A stretch of 41,399 nucleotides of DNA from a bacterium (GTDB taxonomy: Bacteria > JAMCPX01), in the NCBI GenBank assembly GCA_037439545.1, contig JBBIVV010000019.1, positions 1 through 41,399 of the forward strand, read 5' to 3'. The notes under the pieces were generated by a model, which made no database searches, was not told where the DNA came from, and saw only the letters and a program-made list of their open reading frames with translations. Of this stretch, positions 28,090 to 37,108 are shown piece by piece; position 1 is the first letter of the stretch, and each line of letters opens with the position of its first letter. The position numbers were made by a program, and so were the translations under genes.

Positions 28090-30933
28090 ATGAAACATGG
28101 ACTTTTCTTTATACAGATTGTTTTAATCGTACTGCTGGCACAAGCGGACGTAAGGGCACAGGATTTCAGGAATGCACCGCCTGACGAAACGTGGAACACG
28201 ATAGAATCGGACCACTTTTCTGTTACCTTCCCTGCCGATGAAAGGCGGCTTGCAGAGAAACTCGTCAACATGGCTGAGTCTTATTACCCGCGCATGACAG
28301 CACGAATGAGATGGGCGCCTGCGGGAAAGACATACCTGCTCCTTTCCAATGCAACGGATTTTACAAACGGCCTGACCACGCCCTATTATTATAATAACAT
28401 CGTACTCTTCACCATACCGCCTGACGCGTACTCAAGCATCATCAACTACGATGACTGGCTCAAGATGCTTTTCACGCATGAATACACCCATATCCTGCAC
28501 CTTGACCAGACAAGGGGTTTCTTCGGGTTTTTAAACGGTATCTTCGGCAGGATCCTTTTCGTCAATGAAATCGAGCCTGACTGGATTATTGAAGGCTATG
28601 CTGTTTACAACGAATCAACGCTTACCAATGCAGGCAGGGACAACGGCAGTTATTACAATGCCCTCCTGAGGGTACAGGCGTTGAAGAACGGCCTGTCTGC
28701 AATAGATGAAGGCGATGGTATGCCGAGCACATGGCCATTCGGCGAATGGGTATATCTGTACGGAGGCAAGTTCATGCAGTACCTTGCAGAAAAATATTCC
28801 GCCGGGGCACTTGCCGCTTATTCTGAGCATTACACATACCTGCCTTTATTTATCGGGAGAGATTCCGGACTTGCGTTTGATAATAAGGGCTTTGCATCAC
28901 AATGGCTTGAATGGGAAAACAACGTCAGAAAACAGGCGATACTGACGGCATTATCCGTCCTGTTCTCCGGTCATACGGGCTCGAAACAGGTCACGCAGCG
29001 GGGCGCAGACACGCGGGGACCTGTATGGGACAGCCGGGGCAACGGCATTTACTACACATCTTACAACGGTAAAAGCCTGATGGGCATCTTTTACACGGGC
29101 ACAAATTCCGGCAAGGCAACATGGACCGCCAGAAGGAACAACGGATATACGAGTGCTGTGTGCGGTGACAGACTTTTCTTCACGCAGGCAGAATATTTTA
29201 AAAATTTTTATTTATACGATGATCTCTATGAACTGGATACAAAAACGGATAAGATAAAAAGACTGACGTACGGCTTGCGGGCAAGGAGTGCCGATGTGTC
29301 GCCTGATTGTGCGAAGGTTGTTATGGTTTCCAATTCAGCACTGCAATCACAGCTCTTGCTCTACTACCGGACGGACCCGGGCATAATTACGACCCTTGCG
29401 TCGATCGGCGGATCAGGTCAGTTCCTTGACCCGAGATGGTCGTGGGATGGTATGAATATAGCAGTCACAATAAAAAATAATAATGGAGAATGCAGCATAA
29501 ATATCATGGACCGGCAAGGTCAGCCGCTCACGACCGTGGTTTCGGATAGCCATTTGAACCTGTTCCCCTCATGGTCGAGGGACAGCAGGTTTGTGCTATT
29601 TTCGTCCGATAGGACGGGTATACCGGATCTCTATGCGTATTCTATGACTGAAAAAACAATCTATCAGGTCACGAATGTCATCGGAGGTGCGTATGAATCT
29701 CAGATCTCTCCGGACAACAGCACCATAGCCTTTACGAAGCTCGATGCAACGGGGTTCAATATTTATGCAATGCCCTTCCGCCCATCGGCATTTAAAAATG
29801 TTTCAGTGCCCAGGGAGTTTACCGTGGAACAAGTCCAGACATACAAACAGACAAGATCGATCGAGAAAAATTATTCGCCGTTCGGCACACTTGTACCTAC
29901 ATGGTGGTTCCCTACCCTGTCTCTTGCAAGCGATGCATATTCATTCGGCATTTACACGTCAGCCTCGGACCTGCTTGGACACAATGTGTATTCCCTCCTG
30001 CTCGATTATACCGGGTATCCGCGTGCAAAGGCGAGCCCCGGATTCATCGCAGACTATACAAACGAATCCTTTACGCCGGAGATAGATGTCCGGGGACAAA
30101 TGATGCCCACGCTGGCATTAACCTATACTGAACCGGCTTCGAATATCAGCCACTCTTACCTCCAGATGAAAAACAATGCAGCAATTTCGGTTCTGTATCC
30201 GGTAAACCATGTACGGTACCGGCAGTCTGTCGGAGCAGGATATAGCTATACCTTTATCAAATCACTGACACCGCTCCCTGCGTATGTCGATACTGTCCCG
30301 TTTACAGGTACCCTGAGCGGTATCACGGCATACTATGCAATAGATACCACCTCTGTTTTCGATACCTCCATCAGCAGGGAGGACGGCATTACCTTTGATA
30401 CCTACTTCGAAAGGGACCTCGCTGTCCTGGGCAGTGACAGGGACCTTTCACAGTCCATATCGGAATTCAACGCATACATACCGGGCTTTGCAGACAATCA
30501 CGTAATTCACTTCAGAGGTGACTACGGATTCACTGCAGGCTTATCAAAAAACAACGCCCTGTTTTCGATCGGGGGTTTACAGTCCCTCTTTATAAACAAT
30601 AACTACACAAGCATACCCGTAAGAGGCTATTCTTCCGGCATATTGACAGGCACACAGGTCTATTCGGCCAGCCTTGAATACCGGTATCCTGCGGGCATAT
30701 TCGACCGGGGGATCGGCACCCTGCCTTTCTATCTCGATAAAGTCTCTCTGTCCCCGTTCTTCGATGCTGCAGGCAATTCACGCCGGCATATTTCATCTTC
30801 AGGCATTGAGTTAAATTTTGATACCTACATTGCATACCAGTTCCCTCTCAGGTTTACACTCGGCTATGCTTATGCTTTTAATGCATATCCGCTGTCTTCG
30901 CTTTATTTCATGATCGGAGCTGCCCTCCAGTGA
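28090..30933 (+). CDS. exported protein: gluzincin-like metallopeptidase domain + TolB/PD40 beta-propeller + C-terminal (BamA/TamA-like) beta-barrel
   Basis: Signal peptide from ATG 28090 (or 28084). HEYTH..H and WIIEGYA zinc motifs, PD40 repeats (P.WS.DG, PSWSRD, ISPD), and alternating beta-strands with VRGY and SLEYRYP at the C-terminus. Confidence 0.75.
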   Translation: MKHGLFFIQIVLIVLLAQADVRAQDFRNAPPDETWNTIESDHFSVTFPADERRLAEKLVNMAESYYPRMTARMRWAPAGKTYLLLSNATDFTNGLTTPYYYNNIVLFTIPPDAYSSIINYDDWLKMLFTHEYTHILHLDQTRGFFGFLNGIFGRILFVNEIEPDWIIEGYAVYNESTLTNAGRDNGSYYNALLRVQALKNGLSAIDEGDGMPSTWPFGEWVYLYGGKFMQYLAEKYSAGALAAYSEHYTYLPLFIGRDSGLAFDNKGFASQWLEWENNVRKQAILTALSVLFSGHTGSKQVTQRGADTRGPVWDSRGNGIYYTSYNGKSLMGIFYTGTNSGKATWTARRNNGYTSAVCGDRLFFTQAEYFKNFYLYDDLYELDTKTDKIKRLTYGLRARSADVSPDCAKVVMVSNSALQSQLLLYYRTDPGIITTLASIGGSGQFLDPRWSWDGMNIAVTIKNNNGECSINIMDRQGQPLTTVVSDSHLNLFPSWSRDSRFVLFSSDRTGIPDLYAYSMTEKTIYQVTNVIGGAYESQISPDNSTIAFTKLDATGFNIYAMPFRPSAFKNVSVPREFTVEQVQTYKQTRSIEKNYSPFGTLVPTWWFPTLSLASDAYSFGIYTSASDLLGHNVYSLLLDYTGYPRAKASPGFIADYTNESFTPEIDVRGQMMPTLALTYTEPASNISHSYLQMKNNAAISVLYPVNHVRYRQSVGAGYSYTFIKSLTPLPAYVDTVPFTGTLSGITAYYAIDTTSVFDTSISREDGITFDTYFERDLAVLGSDRDLSQSISEFNAYIPGFADNHVIHFRGDYGFTAGLSKNNALFSIGGLQSLFINNNYTSIPVRGYSSGILTGTQVYSASLEYRYPAGIFDRGIGTLPFYLDKVSLSPFFDAAGNSRRHISSSGIELNFDTYIAYQFPLRFTLGYAYAFNAYPLSSLYFMIGAALQ

Positions 30934-32264
30934 AAAATATCTACGGTACTATTTCGAGGCTTGCAGCGCCTGTGATGATCGGCATGCTGACACAGACATT
31001 CATCAATCTGTTCGATGTTGCCATGGTCGGCAGGCTCGGGGCGGATGCAAAGACCGGGCTTGCCGCACTCGGTGTCGGCATAATCACTCTGTGGGTTTTC
31101 GGCGGCGCATTAAATGCCATATCAGTCGGCATTCTCAGTCTTGTTACGCGCAGATATGGTGAAAAACAATACGAAAAAGCAGGCGAGGTATTATTTGTAG
31201 GCATTATCATGGCTATCATACTCGGCACGGCAATGGGTATCGTAGGCTTTGTAATAGCGCGGCCGCTGTTTGCCGCACTTACAACCGACCATGCAGTTGC
31301 TGTCGAGGGAGCGAAGTTCATCAGGTTCAGGTTCATAGGGCTCCTCCCATTCCTCATCATTATCGTGTATAAGGCATTCTTCGATGCAATAGGCAAGACA
31401 TGGATCTTCATGTACGTGGAGATCATAATGAATATTGCAAACGTGATACTGTCGTACGGTCTTATCCTCGGTCATTTCGGCATGCCGAGACTCGGGGTCG
31501 AGGGTGCGGGCATTTCAGCGACTTTAAGTTCGTTCATCGGCGCAGCAACTATGATAGTTTACAGCCTGCAGCCGAGATACAGGGCATTTATGATTTACAA
31601 ATCCAAAAAGACCAACTTTGCGATTATAAAAGATATTGTCAGGATAAGCTATCCGGCATCCATAGCTGCCGTACTTACGACGCTGGGATTCGAGGCATTC
31701 ATTGTCATATCCGGTAAGATTGGTGTTGCAGCTCAGGCAGCTACGACAATCATGACACAACTCGCGTCGGTCACATTCCTTCCATTACTCGGCTTCGGCA
31801 CTGCCGCAGCAACAATGGTAGGACAGAGCCTCGGAGCCGGGAAACCGGATGAGGCGGAAAAATATGCCAAAAGTTCGATAAACCTTGGAGTGGCTATTAT
31901 GGCTGTTACTGCACTGGTGTTCGTGCTCATACCGCAGCACGTCATAGGGCTGTTCACCGATACCCCTGCAGTGATTGCAGAAGGCTCAAGGGGACTTATG
32001 ATCTACAGTCTTGCACTTGTGTTTGAGGGCATCGGCATCGTGGCAAGCCAGTCGCTGTTCGGAGCCGGATATACGAAGTATGTCATGGTCGTCGACGTAT
32101 CCCTGCACTGGCTGTTATTTGTACCGCTCTCCTACATACTCGGCGTTGTGGCTGGATTGAACACCCTTGGCTTATGGTTGTCAGCGGACATCTATATATT
32201 CCTTTTAAGCACATTTATGCTTATTGGATTAAAACGAGGCAAATGGAAGTCGGTTAAAATTTAA
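30930..32264 (+). CDS. MATE family efflux transporter
   Basis: About 12 TM helices. Motifs LAAP, D.AMVGRLG, P.LGVEGAGISAT and VGQSLGAG. GTGA overlap. Confidence 0.93.
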   Translation: MKNIYGTISRLAAPVMIGMLTQTFINLFDVAMVGRLGADAKTGLAALGVGIITLWVFGGALNAISVGILSLVTRRYGEKQYEKAGEVLFVGIIMAIILGTAMGIVGFVIARPLFAALTTDHAVAVEGAKFIRFRFIGLLPFLIIIVYKAFFDAIGKTWIFMYVEIIMNIANVILSYGLILGHFGMPRLGVEGAGISATLSSFIGAATMIVYSLQPRYRAFMIYKSKKTNFAIIKDIVRISYPASIAAVLTTLGFEAFIVISGKIGVAAQAATTIMTQLASVTFLPLLGFGTAAATMVGQSLGAGKPDEAEKYAKSSINLGVAIMAVTALVFVLIPQHVIGLFTDTPAVIAEGSRGLMIYSLALVFEGIGIVASQSLFGAGYTKYVMVVDVSLHWLLFVPLSYILGVVAGLNTLGLWLSADIYIFLLSTFMLIGLKRGKWKSVKI

Positions 32265-32266
32265 CC

Positions 32267-33484
32267 CTATTTCATATGCAGTTGTTTTTTGACTGCATCG
32301 GGAAAGAAGTATGCTAAGAATGCCTGTGCTCCGAGATACGAGCCTTTGATCGTCCATGTAGTGCGGTTCACGACAAGTGCTGCCACGGCAATCTGCGGAT
32401 CGTCGAGAGGCGCAACACCTGCAAACCATTCATAATCACCCTCAGGGTCAGACCCGTGAATGGAGCCCGTTTTCCCTGCAACGCTTATATTTGCCAGAAT
32501 GTACTTTCCTCTTCTGTTAAAGAACGCCCTCCTGGATGTCCCCTTGACAATGGTCAACCTCATCATGTCTATCAGTTCTTTTGCCGTCTGCGGTGATAGT
32601 ACCTGCACACGCTGCTGTTCAGAATTGCCGAACCCTTCGTACGGCACGCACATCCTTCCTCCGTCGGCTATTGCCTGCACGATCAATGCGGCATGGAGAG
32701 GACTCAGCGTTGTATCGGGATTAAGCCCTGCGCCTGTTTGTGCAATATCCACTGCATTGCTGTCCACGACTGCATTGCTTTGCATGATAAAGTCCGGACC
32801 CACAGGTCTATTAAAATAAAACCGGTTAAAATAAGTTTGAAGGCTGCTGTTACCGATTTTATAAAGGGCAAGTTTGCCGAATACCGGGTTATTGGACTTT
32901 GCGAGTGCCATTGAGAACGTTATGCGTCTTCTCCCGTCACTATACCCGTTTGTCAATGCCCGTATACTCTGGCTTGCATTCCTGGAATCATAATAGAAGA
33001 ATGCATACGGCGGTATATTATGCATCTCGATGGCTGCCGCTGCCGTCACGAGCTTAACGAGTGAGGCAGCCGGGTATGCATGAAAAGCCGAGAAATTGCT
33101 GCCCCTGCTTACGATTGCAACGGGCTTGCACGTCTTTATGTCAATGACGACGACCGCGCCGTATTTCACCCTGTATGTGTTCATTACATGATCTATCCAC
33201 TTTGTTACGATGTTTCGAGGCAGCGATTTGCCGTATACATTTCTTATTTCCGCATGCTCCTGTTCAACAGAAGGAGTTATTGCCGTTGCCGTTATGCCGG
33301 ATGACGGCTGCTGCTGCATTGCAGCAGGATGCTGTACTCCCGGGCCGCCTGAATGACGGACGATACTGTAAAGGAATATCCCGAGAACGATTATTGCGGA
33401 GACAAGAATATAAGGCAGTGAAGCATACTTCAATCGCCTTTTCAGCGATTTGAGGTGATTCTTCTGATAGGATCGCCAGTTCAT
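32267..33484 (-). CDS. penicillin-binding protein, transpeptidase domain only
   Basis: N-terminal TM anchor. SxxK (SLVK), SxN (SNN) and KTG (AGKTGS) motifs are all present. Confidence 0.88.
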   Translation of the reverse strand: MNWRSYQKNHLKSLKRRLKYASLPYILVSAIIVLGIFLYSIVRHSGGPGVQHPAAMQQQPSSGITATAITPSVEQEHAEIRNVYGKSLPRNIVTKWIDHVMNTYRVKYGAVVVIDIKTCKPVAIVSRGSNFSAFHAYPAASLVKLVTAAAAIEMHNIPPYAFFYYDSRNASQSIRALTNGYSDGRRRITFSMALAKSNNPVFGKLALYKIGNSSLQTYFNRFYFNRPVGPDFIMQSNAVVDSNAVDIAQTGAGLNPDTTLSPLHAALIVQAIADGGRMCVPYEGFGNSEQQRVQVLSPQTAKELIDMMRLTIVKGTSRRAFFNRRGKYILANISVAGKTGSIHGSDPEGDYEWFAGVAPLDDPQIAVAALVVNRTTWTIKGSYLGAQAFLAYFFPDAVKKQLHMK

Positions 33485-34602
33485 TATGAGGCAATGTAGG
33501 GCAGGAGGAGTTTGCTTTTCGTGATAATATATGCCAGCAGTCTTGCGTTATCGCCATACCGCTTTATGATACTGTTCAGTTTTGACGGACTCTCTTTCAG
33601 GGCACCGAGGATCAGTTTGGTATCTGTAATAGTTGTGCGCTGTTTCTTTGTCATGCCGAAATAATCAGCCTTATTCGAAATCTCGTTCGGTGTATTATGG
33701 ATAAACAGAGCTGCCAGCAGTAACAGCTTTTTATTTTCTGCATTTAATATTTTTTTCCCTAAAATACCGCCATACATGTCTTTGATTCCCTCTAATGCGT
33801 TATGACTTGAAATAATTTGATTGGCAGCACCAAGCTCATAAGCCCTGTTTATAAACAGGAATGGATTGCCCTCGGCAAGATACAGGTTAATCTCTTTTAT
33901 GCACCTCTGTCCGCTTATTGTTTTCAGTGCGTTGCCCGATACGGCACTCTTGATCGCCTTAAGGGTCTGCTCCTCGATCTTGAATCCTAACCTGACTTCA
34001 AACCTTATTGCCCTGTATATGCGTGTCGGATCATCGATAAAACTTTTCGGGTGCAGGGACCTGATAACCGATGATTGAATCGCTTCGTAGCCATGGAAGG
34101 GATCTATGAGCTCTGTATCATCGTCATCGTTAAGCTTCAACGCCATTGCATTGATGGTAAAATCCCTTCTTGAAAGATCTGTGCGTATATCGGATACTGC
34201 CTCAACACGCGGGAGAGCACCGGGATGATCATAAACCTCTGCCCTCATGGTTGCGATATCAATATAACTGCGGTCCTGCACACCGGTGTTCCGTAACTCC
34301 TGCGTACCGTCACTTGGACGCCGGTGCGATGGTACAGAAATAGTTGCGGTCAGTCTTTCCCTGTATGCCGTTAACTCGCTGTCTCTTATCTGGTTCGCAA
34401 GCATAGCCGCAAACTTTATACCGTCATCTTTCACGACTATGTCAATATCAATGCTGTCCCTGTTGAGCATCAGGTCCCTTACAGGACCACCCACCAGATA
34501 TGCATCATTACCGAGTTTACCGGCAGTATGCGCTATAATAGAAATATATTCCTGAGTTGCGGCATCCAGTTTTTTTAAAATAGTGCTTCTTTGGATCTTC
34601 AT
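33484..34602 (-). CDS. tRNA nucleotidyltransferase (class II; CCA- or A-adding type)
   Basis: Motifs YLVGGPVRD, DIDIVV, R.E.Y..PGALP.VE, DLSRRDFTINAMA and SFIDDPTRI.RAIRF. Confidence 0.9.
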   Translation of the reverse strand: MKIQRSTILKKLDAATQEYISIIAHTAGKLGNDAYLVGGPVRDLMLNRDSIDIDIVVKDDGIKFAAMLANQIRDSELTAYRERLTATISVPSHRRPSDGTQELRNTGVQDRSYIDIATMRAEVYDHPGALPRVEAVSDIRTDLSRRDFTINAMALKLNDDDDTELIDPFHGYEAIQSSVIRSLHPKSFIDDPTRIYRAIRFEVRLGFKIEEQTLKAIKSAVSGNALKTISGQRCIKEINLYLAEGNPFLFINRAYELGAANQIISSHNALEGIKDMYGGILGKKILNAENKKLLLLAALFIHNTPNEISNKADYFGMTKKQRTTITDTKLILGALKESPSKLNSIIKRYGDNARLLAYIITKSKLLLPYIAS

Positions 34603-34611
34603 AATAAGTTA

Positions 34612-34695
34612 TGCCGAAGCAGGGACTCGAACCCTGACAGCCTTTCAGCCACCAGACTCTGAATCTGGCGCGTCTACCAATTCCGCCACTCCGGC
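34612..34695 (-). tRNA. tRNA-Leu(CAG), 84 nt, no encoded CCA
   Basis: Cloverleaf: acceptor GCCGGAG/CTTCGGC, discriminator A, D arm GCG-GAATTGGTAGA-CGC, anticodon arm CCAGA-TTCAGAG-TCTGG, long variable arm, T arm CAGGG-TTCGAGT-CCCTG. Confidence 0.97.
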
Positions 34696-34717
34696 GCATT
34701 TAAGCAACTTAAGTTAA

Positions 34718-34745
34718 AGTCTATACAGGAACAGGCTTTTGTCAA
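34718..34745 (-). promoter_or_regulatory. sigma70 promoter of the tRNA-Leu unit
   Basis: TTGACA-16nt-TAGACT on the minus strand, ending 22 nt upstream of the tRNA. Confidence 0.65.
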
Positions 34746-34792
34746 GGTTAAGAAAGGGATTACATCAGATTACTGTTACCGCAATACCTCGT

Positions 34793-35536
34793 TCAGAACC
34801 GGACTGCAGCGGCGAATTCAAGCCCGTTTTCCGAAGGCAGGAGCAAAAACTTCGTATCGATGGCAGCACGTGGTGCAGGGTACATGCTCTCGTAGTCTTT
34901 ATAATCGGAAATCGCCTTCACCGGCTCTGTCCATATCTGGAGCTCGCTTACACCGGTCCCGACAACGAAGCTTATCAGCGCCTGTTGCCATGATTGCCCG
35001 CCGGCCTTTTTTATCCTGCTCTCGTAGCCCTTCCATATGACCATGGCACCTGCTGCGTTGACAAGGACTCCCAGGGAATGCTGTACCCACGATTTTCCGG
35101 CTATTTCGTCTACCGCGGATTTCTTCAGAAGGTCTTCCGCAGCCGAAAGTTTCTTTGACCGCTCTTCCGGTGTGTTTTCAGGCATAGTGCGAAGATCATC
35201 GGCCGCACTCCTTGTAGCAAAAGGCATTACGAACATACCGCAAAAGCCTATCAGCGACTCCGCTGTAGAAACACCGCCCGTTACCTGAAGCGTTTCGTTT
35301 TTTGTCGTCAATGCAGCGGTTAAAGGAACGATGGTCGCACCGGAGTAAAATGCGAGCCACCCGTACCACCATAACTTTGCGGAGCCCGTTCCGTCATCGA
35401 GCAATTTCTGTATGTACTGAATTCTTTCAGATGTATCGTGAGAGGATGCGGAATCTGAGTAAGCTTTCCCCGGTATACCTGCAAGCATGACCATGACGGC
35501 AAATGCCGCGACAAGGGACCGGACTTTAAAACGCAT
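34793..35536 (-). CDS. hypothetical exported / membrane-associated protein
   Basis: ATG 35536 gives a signal-like N-terminus (MRFKVRSLVAAFAVMVMLAG). Several hydrophobic segments, WWYGW motif, C-terminal Phe. The longer ORF start (35629) reads through a repeat element. Confidence 0.7.
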   Translation of the reverse strand: MRFKVRSLVAAFAVMVMLAGIPGKAYSDSASSHDTSERIQYIQKLLDDGTGSAKLWWYGWLAFYSGATIVPLTAALTTKNETLQVTGGVSTAESLIGFCGMFVMPFATRSAADDLRTMPENTPEERSKKLSAAEDLLKKSAVDEIAGKSWVQHSLGVLVNAAGAMVIWKGYESRIKKAGGQSWQQALISFVVGTGVSELQIWTEPVKAISDYKDYESMYPAPRAAIDTKFLLLPSENGLEFAAAVRF

Positions 35537-35562
35537 TCGTTCTCTACGATACATTGCTTGAG

Positions 35563-35608
35563 CTCCCGGGGGAAAACTGCCGCGAACCGCGGTTTCAAAC
35601 GGGGTAAA
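35563..35608. repeat. short copy of the ACCCCGTnnGAAA...TTTCnnACGGGGT repeat family
   Basis: ctcccgggggaaa...ccgcg-aac-cgcgg-tttcaaacggggtaaa. The right end matches the ends of the 1252 and 41189 elements. Confidence 0.55.
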
Positions 35609-35747
35609 CCATTTTATAAATATCTTCATGTGTTTTTGATAGCATACTTACCGGGAAACCAAAAGCAAATCTTTCGCAGCTCTCCATAGCACGCATACCG
35701 TTTTTCCTTTTTCCTGATTGCCTGTAAATAAAGCGTGCACACGGCAA

Positions 35748-35766
35748 AGATTGTGCATGACAATCT
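35748..35766. promoter_or_regulatory. candidate operator dyad upstream of the MFS gene
   Basis: Perfect inverted repeat AGATTGT-N5-ACAATCT immediately before a TTGACT hexamer. Confidence 0.4.
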
Positions 35767-35817
35767 ATTGACTAAGAAGAAGCGTATACGATATGCACAA
35801 GGAATAGAGAGGTTACT

Positions 35818-37044
35818 ATGGAACTACCACAGACTCACCGCAGTCCTTACCGATGGATCGTTTTGATCGTGTTTATGTACGTCATAGCACTTACCCAGTT
35901 CTTATGGTTAAATTTTGCTCCCATAGAAACAATCGTCCGGAAACAGCTTGGCATCAGTGAGTTTCAGGTAAGCTGGCTGACCTCCATCTTCCCCTTGTTA
36001 AGTATACTCTTGTCGGCACCTGTCGGAACTCTTCTTGATGTAAAAGGCTTTAAATTCACGGTCTCGACCGGAGCTATCATCATGGGCATATCCGTATTTC
36101 TCAGGCTTAAATATGATTCGTATTTATGGCTGTTTGCCGGCCAATTCGGCATATCTGTCGCACAGCCTTTTATTCTGAACAGCGTATCTAAGTTCGCATC
36201 CGTCTGGTTTGACAAAGACGAGGGTGCCCTTGCCAACGGTCTTGGTTCCATGGCAATGTTCATCGGTATGATAGCTGCCATGATCTTCACCCCGATACTG
36301 GTAAACAGCAGAGGACTTGCAAATGTGTTGTATATCTATGCCGGCATAACGATACCCGGATGCATCCTGTTTCTCGTGCTCGGCAAGGATAACCCCTCAC
36401 TCCTTACCACTTTAAAGGAAGAGGAAAAAGAATACAGGGGCCTGGAAGCATATAAGAGCATACTCCGGATAAAGGATATGTTCCTGCTCATAGTTATCAT
36501 GTTTATAGGCATCGGCTTTTTCAACGGACTCATGACGTGGATGGATGCGCTCCTTTTGCCGAACGGGTTTACTCCGGTCCAGACAGGTATAATCGGCGGG
36601 GTCATAATCGGCAGCGGTACACTCGGCGCAGTTGTTATCCCGCTTCTTTCCGATGCATTGAAGAAGAGAAAACCTTTCCTCGTCTTGTCAACAGTCCTCG
36701 GCGGTGTCATTATATATCCGTTTTTAAATACTCACAGTCTTACTCTGGTCATAATTCTCGGCGCCATCATCGGCTTTTTTATAATATCGCTCCTGCCCAT
36801 TGTATTGCAGATGACTATCGAGATTGTCGGCGAAAGACTAACAGGAACTGCTACGGGGTTGCTCATGCTTACGGGGTCTGTAGGAGCAGTGATTGTCATA
36901 TACATCATGGAAGGCATCAAGAATATCACAAACAGCTTTCATAATTCTGTATGGTTTCTTATGGTATTCTTCGTGGTATCGTTCGTACTTTCCATTCTCA
37001 TAAAAGAAACCTACCCTGCCGGCCCGAAGAAAGACATGCCGTAA
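35818..37044 (+). CDS. MFS transporter (FLVCR/SLC49-like motifs)
   Basis: About 12 TM helices and SD GAGG. Motifs YRWIVL, WLNFAPI, GQ..ISVAQPFILN..SKFASVWF and LSD.LKKRK. Confidence 0.9.
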   Translation: MELPQTHRSPYRWIVLIVFMYVIALTQFLWLNFAPIETIVRKQLGISEFQVSWLTSIFPLLSILLSAPVGTLLDVKGFKFTVSTGAIIMGISVFLRLKYDSYLWLFAGQFGISVAQPFILNSVSKFASVWFDKDEGALANGLGSMAMFIGMIAAMIFTPILVNSRGLANVLYIYAGITIPGCILFLVLGKDNPSLLTTLKEEEKEYRGLEAYKSILRIKDMFLLIVIMFIGIGFFNGLMTWMDALLLPNGFTPVQTGIIGGVIIGSGTLGAVVIPLLSDALKKRKPFLVLSTVLGGVIIYPFLNTHSLTLVIILGAIIGFFIISLLPIVLQMTIEIVGERLTGTATGLLMLTGSVGAVIVIYIMEGIKNITNSFHNSVWFLMVFFVVSFVLSILIKETYPAGPKKDMP

Positions 37045-37108
37045 TATAAGTTATGAAAAAGAGAACCGTAAATAAATTTATATTTCACCGCAGATGTAAC
37101 GGACTCTG

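Noticed and set aside
30930..32264. MATE protein as the missing Wzx flippase
   Set aside because: Its motifs are those of NorM/DinF-type MATE exporters, and it lies about 15 kb from the polysaccharide genes
34517..34699. 60-aa ORF in the track
   Set aside because: It is a translation of the tRNA-Leu gene
34612..35700. Integrative element at tRNA-Leu
   Set aside because: No integrase and no duplicated tRNA 3' end were seen, and the gene downstream of the tRNA is housekeeping
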